Origin: Malacoraja senta
Taxonomy: Eukaryota
Assembly: GCA_038087875.1 (NCBI GenBank)
Contig: CM075979.1
Coordinates: forward strand, 86,552,001-86,616,000
DNA length: 64,000 nucleotides
Reading direction: 5' to 3'
The notes under the pieces were generated by a model. It worked only from the letters and a program-made list of their open reading frames with translations. It was not told the origin of the DNA and did not search any database. Shown here piece by piece: positions 61,312 to 64,000 of the stretch. A program made the position numbers and the translations under genes. Every line of letters starts with the position of its first letter. Position 1 is the stretch's first letter.

Positions 61312-64000
61312 TCAAAATGGTTTGCTTACCTCGGGTAATGTAATAATGTCAGCGTTGTGTAGGATGCTGAAGGTTGTGCCCTTCTATAATGCATGTGCCA
61401 CACACCAGGGGTCTTCCTGTTTATGGTCCCTGGCATTCCATTCTTCTAAACCTTACTTCAAAGAAATTAACTACATTAGAAAACATGAGAAATGTTCCTA
61501 TTTCCGAATGCTTCTCCTCTCCGCCAAAAGTCTAATCCTGTAGTAGTCGCACCTTGAGTTCTTCATTCCTCGTAATGGAATTCTGATGTGACAGTCTGCC
61601 AATGATTAGCTGATTTAACTTTCTAAACCAGTCTGACATTTATCAGTAATGCCACCCAAGGACAGTAGAACTGGTTAACATCTGGCGCATACAAGCGGAA
61701 GTCCTTTCCTGCCATCACCCAAGGGAAAACATAAGAATTTGTGTTGTTACAATATATATGACACTTGACTCGTGATTCCGTTGACTTGACTCTGACTCTT
61801 GACTAATTCAGTTAAACAGATGTTCTTCCTCCATTCTATATTAATTTTAACCAACTTAGTTTGAACATTCACTCTCATGGCATTTCTTCATTATATTTAT
61901 ACCTTCCTAACTTCCCTTTGTTTTAGTTAATCCTATTTCTCTATTTACTGCTTCTTTTCAAAGTAAGACCTGGCTTATCTCCATCACACCAAAATATGTT
62001 TATCCTAATAACTTCCAAGATTTACACAAATAACATAGAAAATACTTAATATCTTTGATCAGGTCATGAGTGAGTTCATTTATAATATTATGTAAAGTCG
62101 ATCATTTAGAATTATTGGCTAAGATATTCTTGAACAAGTTCAAAAGGATGTTAACGTGGCGTTTTGTAAAGCTTGGACAAGTTTTAGGTGTCCAGGTGTG
62201 AGGAATTTGTGGCCTTTAATAGTCACTGTCGTGTTAGAGTATTAGTTGTGAGATGAAAAGGATCTTGTACAAAGGGCTCTCCACTTAGACTGGCCAAAAC
62301 AAATTGGCAAAAGTAGTGTGGACAACCAAATCATTCATGACCATATCTTGGGCAAATGTATCATGGATTCAACCAAGTACATAACATAGCCTGTGCTTGG
62401 TTGGTTCTATGATATAGTTGTCTAAGAAACATCTTGTAGGTTTGCATGTTAGGTTAAAAAAAATGAAATGCCAGGGATACTCATCAGGCCAGGCAGCATC
62501 TATGGAGAAATAGACAGTTAATATTTCAGTTCAGCAGAATTGTAAAGGTGGGAGAATAAGCATGTTGTAAATTCCAGAGAGTGCGAGGGGTAGAGAACAC
62601 ATAGGGAATATCTGTGATATATGTATTTAGTGCCCAGTTTAAGGAAATGAACTCTTAAGATGTTTTCCCATCTTTGAAGCCCCCATAACCCTTCCAGGAG
62701 TATTAAAGGCTTCAAAGAGAAAATTGAATAACCTCTAAAATATGCCAAACAAAGTGTCAAGAAACAACGATAATAAGATGCTTGCAACTCTGTTTAGAAG
62801 ATAAATATCACTCCATATTTCCCTGCAGTAAGCTCTTATTTCATTACTGCAACAAATTAAACGAGTCTGCTTTCGATATTTCCTTGGCAATGAAAGCCAT
62901 ATGCCTAAAAATTGATCTTTGGTTGGTAGTGCTAAATGTACTCTATAGAATCATGAGCACATTACATTGCCTCTGAAGTCTTTTCCTTTGAAGTCAATGG
63001 AATGAATTTCAGAGGACGAATGCAATATGCTGAATTGACAATGTAGCATGTTTATTGCTATCAATCAGTGAACTTTGTAGGCAATAGTGTGTTGCTTAAG
63101 TTATAACAAGGCCAATGCCTCATTGTACTTCTTAACTACTTGTCTCATTAGAGTTGCATTTGGTGCTCTTTCTGAGCTGTCAGTTATTTAACTCGTGGTA
63201 TTATCCAGATTTACTGGAAAACGTGTTACATCCACAAATTACAGCAGACTGATATTAAAATAGTCCTGGCAAGTCACAATAATAGAGATGGGGCTTCCAA
63301 TTTTGAAGAATGACTATTGCAAAAAAATGATGGGAGGGAAAGAAAAATCAGTGGTACAATTCAACTGTGAGTATGAGGATATGTGCACGTGATCCCAGTC
63401 CTAAATGCCTGTGATAGCAATGAGAAAGGGATTGGCTCAGATAAGGAGAAAGGGATTGGCTGAGGTAATCTACTACAATGTATTCTGGGAAACTGGGAAT
63501 GTTTCTTTGCCTTACTAACTTGCTTCGTTGACAAACTGCTTGGAGCAATGCAGCACCATCTGGAGGGAATGTTAAACAGCTGTGGTATATGCTTCTAATA
63601 GTCTTCATTTGCATTCATTCATGCCCTTCAGACAGGTCCCATCTTCCTGCTGCATAGGAACTCATTTGAAAAATCTCTGCCTGCTGTTTTGAAAGGGTAT
63701 TTCTTGCATCAGCCAATTCACCTTCCCCGAACATTGTTTCCCTGTGGTAGACAAAAATGCTGGAGAAACTCAGCGGGTGAAACTGCTGGAGGGGTTACGT
63801 TGCTCTGCTCCGCCAAACTGCTGTTGCGATTTTAATCCCTCTGTCATCTCAGAACACAAGCTAAGGAAGGCAGGTATGACCTGCCATGAGTTGGTCTCAG
63901 AAACTGGGTGACAGTGAGCAGCATTATGACCTGCAGCCATAAGTCCAGTACCATATTTTGAATTGGAAAGAAAATCAGGCCTTTCAACTTTTTGTGGAAT

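Noticed and set aside
63422-63461. Short tandem duplications (also ~12338, ~39768, ~43218, ~43474)
   Set aside because: Ordinary slippage or repair duplications

Overview
Repeat-rich, AT-rich vertebrate intronic DNA, most likely from a cartilaginous fish (skate/ray or shark), inferred from the HE1/V-SINE-like SINEs, CR1/HER1-type LINE tails and abundant Penelope pieces. The only host coding sequence I can support is one 161-nt internal exon of ERC1 (ELKS/RAB6IP2) at 9382-9542 (+); I found no neighbouring ERC1 exon, so the downstream intron appears to exceed 54 kb. The rest is intron filled with Penelope-like elements (PLEs), Rex1-, L2-, CR1-, Crack-like and L1 LINE fragments, two IR/DR Tc1 copies, two non-autonomous Helitrons, Harbinger-like MITEs and V-SINEs. 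The most striking pattern is about 30 PLE-derived pieces, many carrying a minimal hammerhead ribozyme (CUGAAGA-A-GGGU[C/U]UCG[A/G]CCC-GAAAC-GU[C/U]). Many are discrete 80-135 nt TSD-flanked insertions whose 5' ends fall within about 8 nt of the ribozyme core. Others are fold-back pairs joined at or near the ribozyme, with a ~35-nt tail on only one arm. All calls were made by eye, without database searches.
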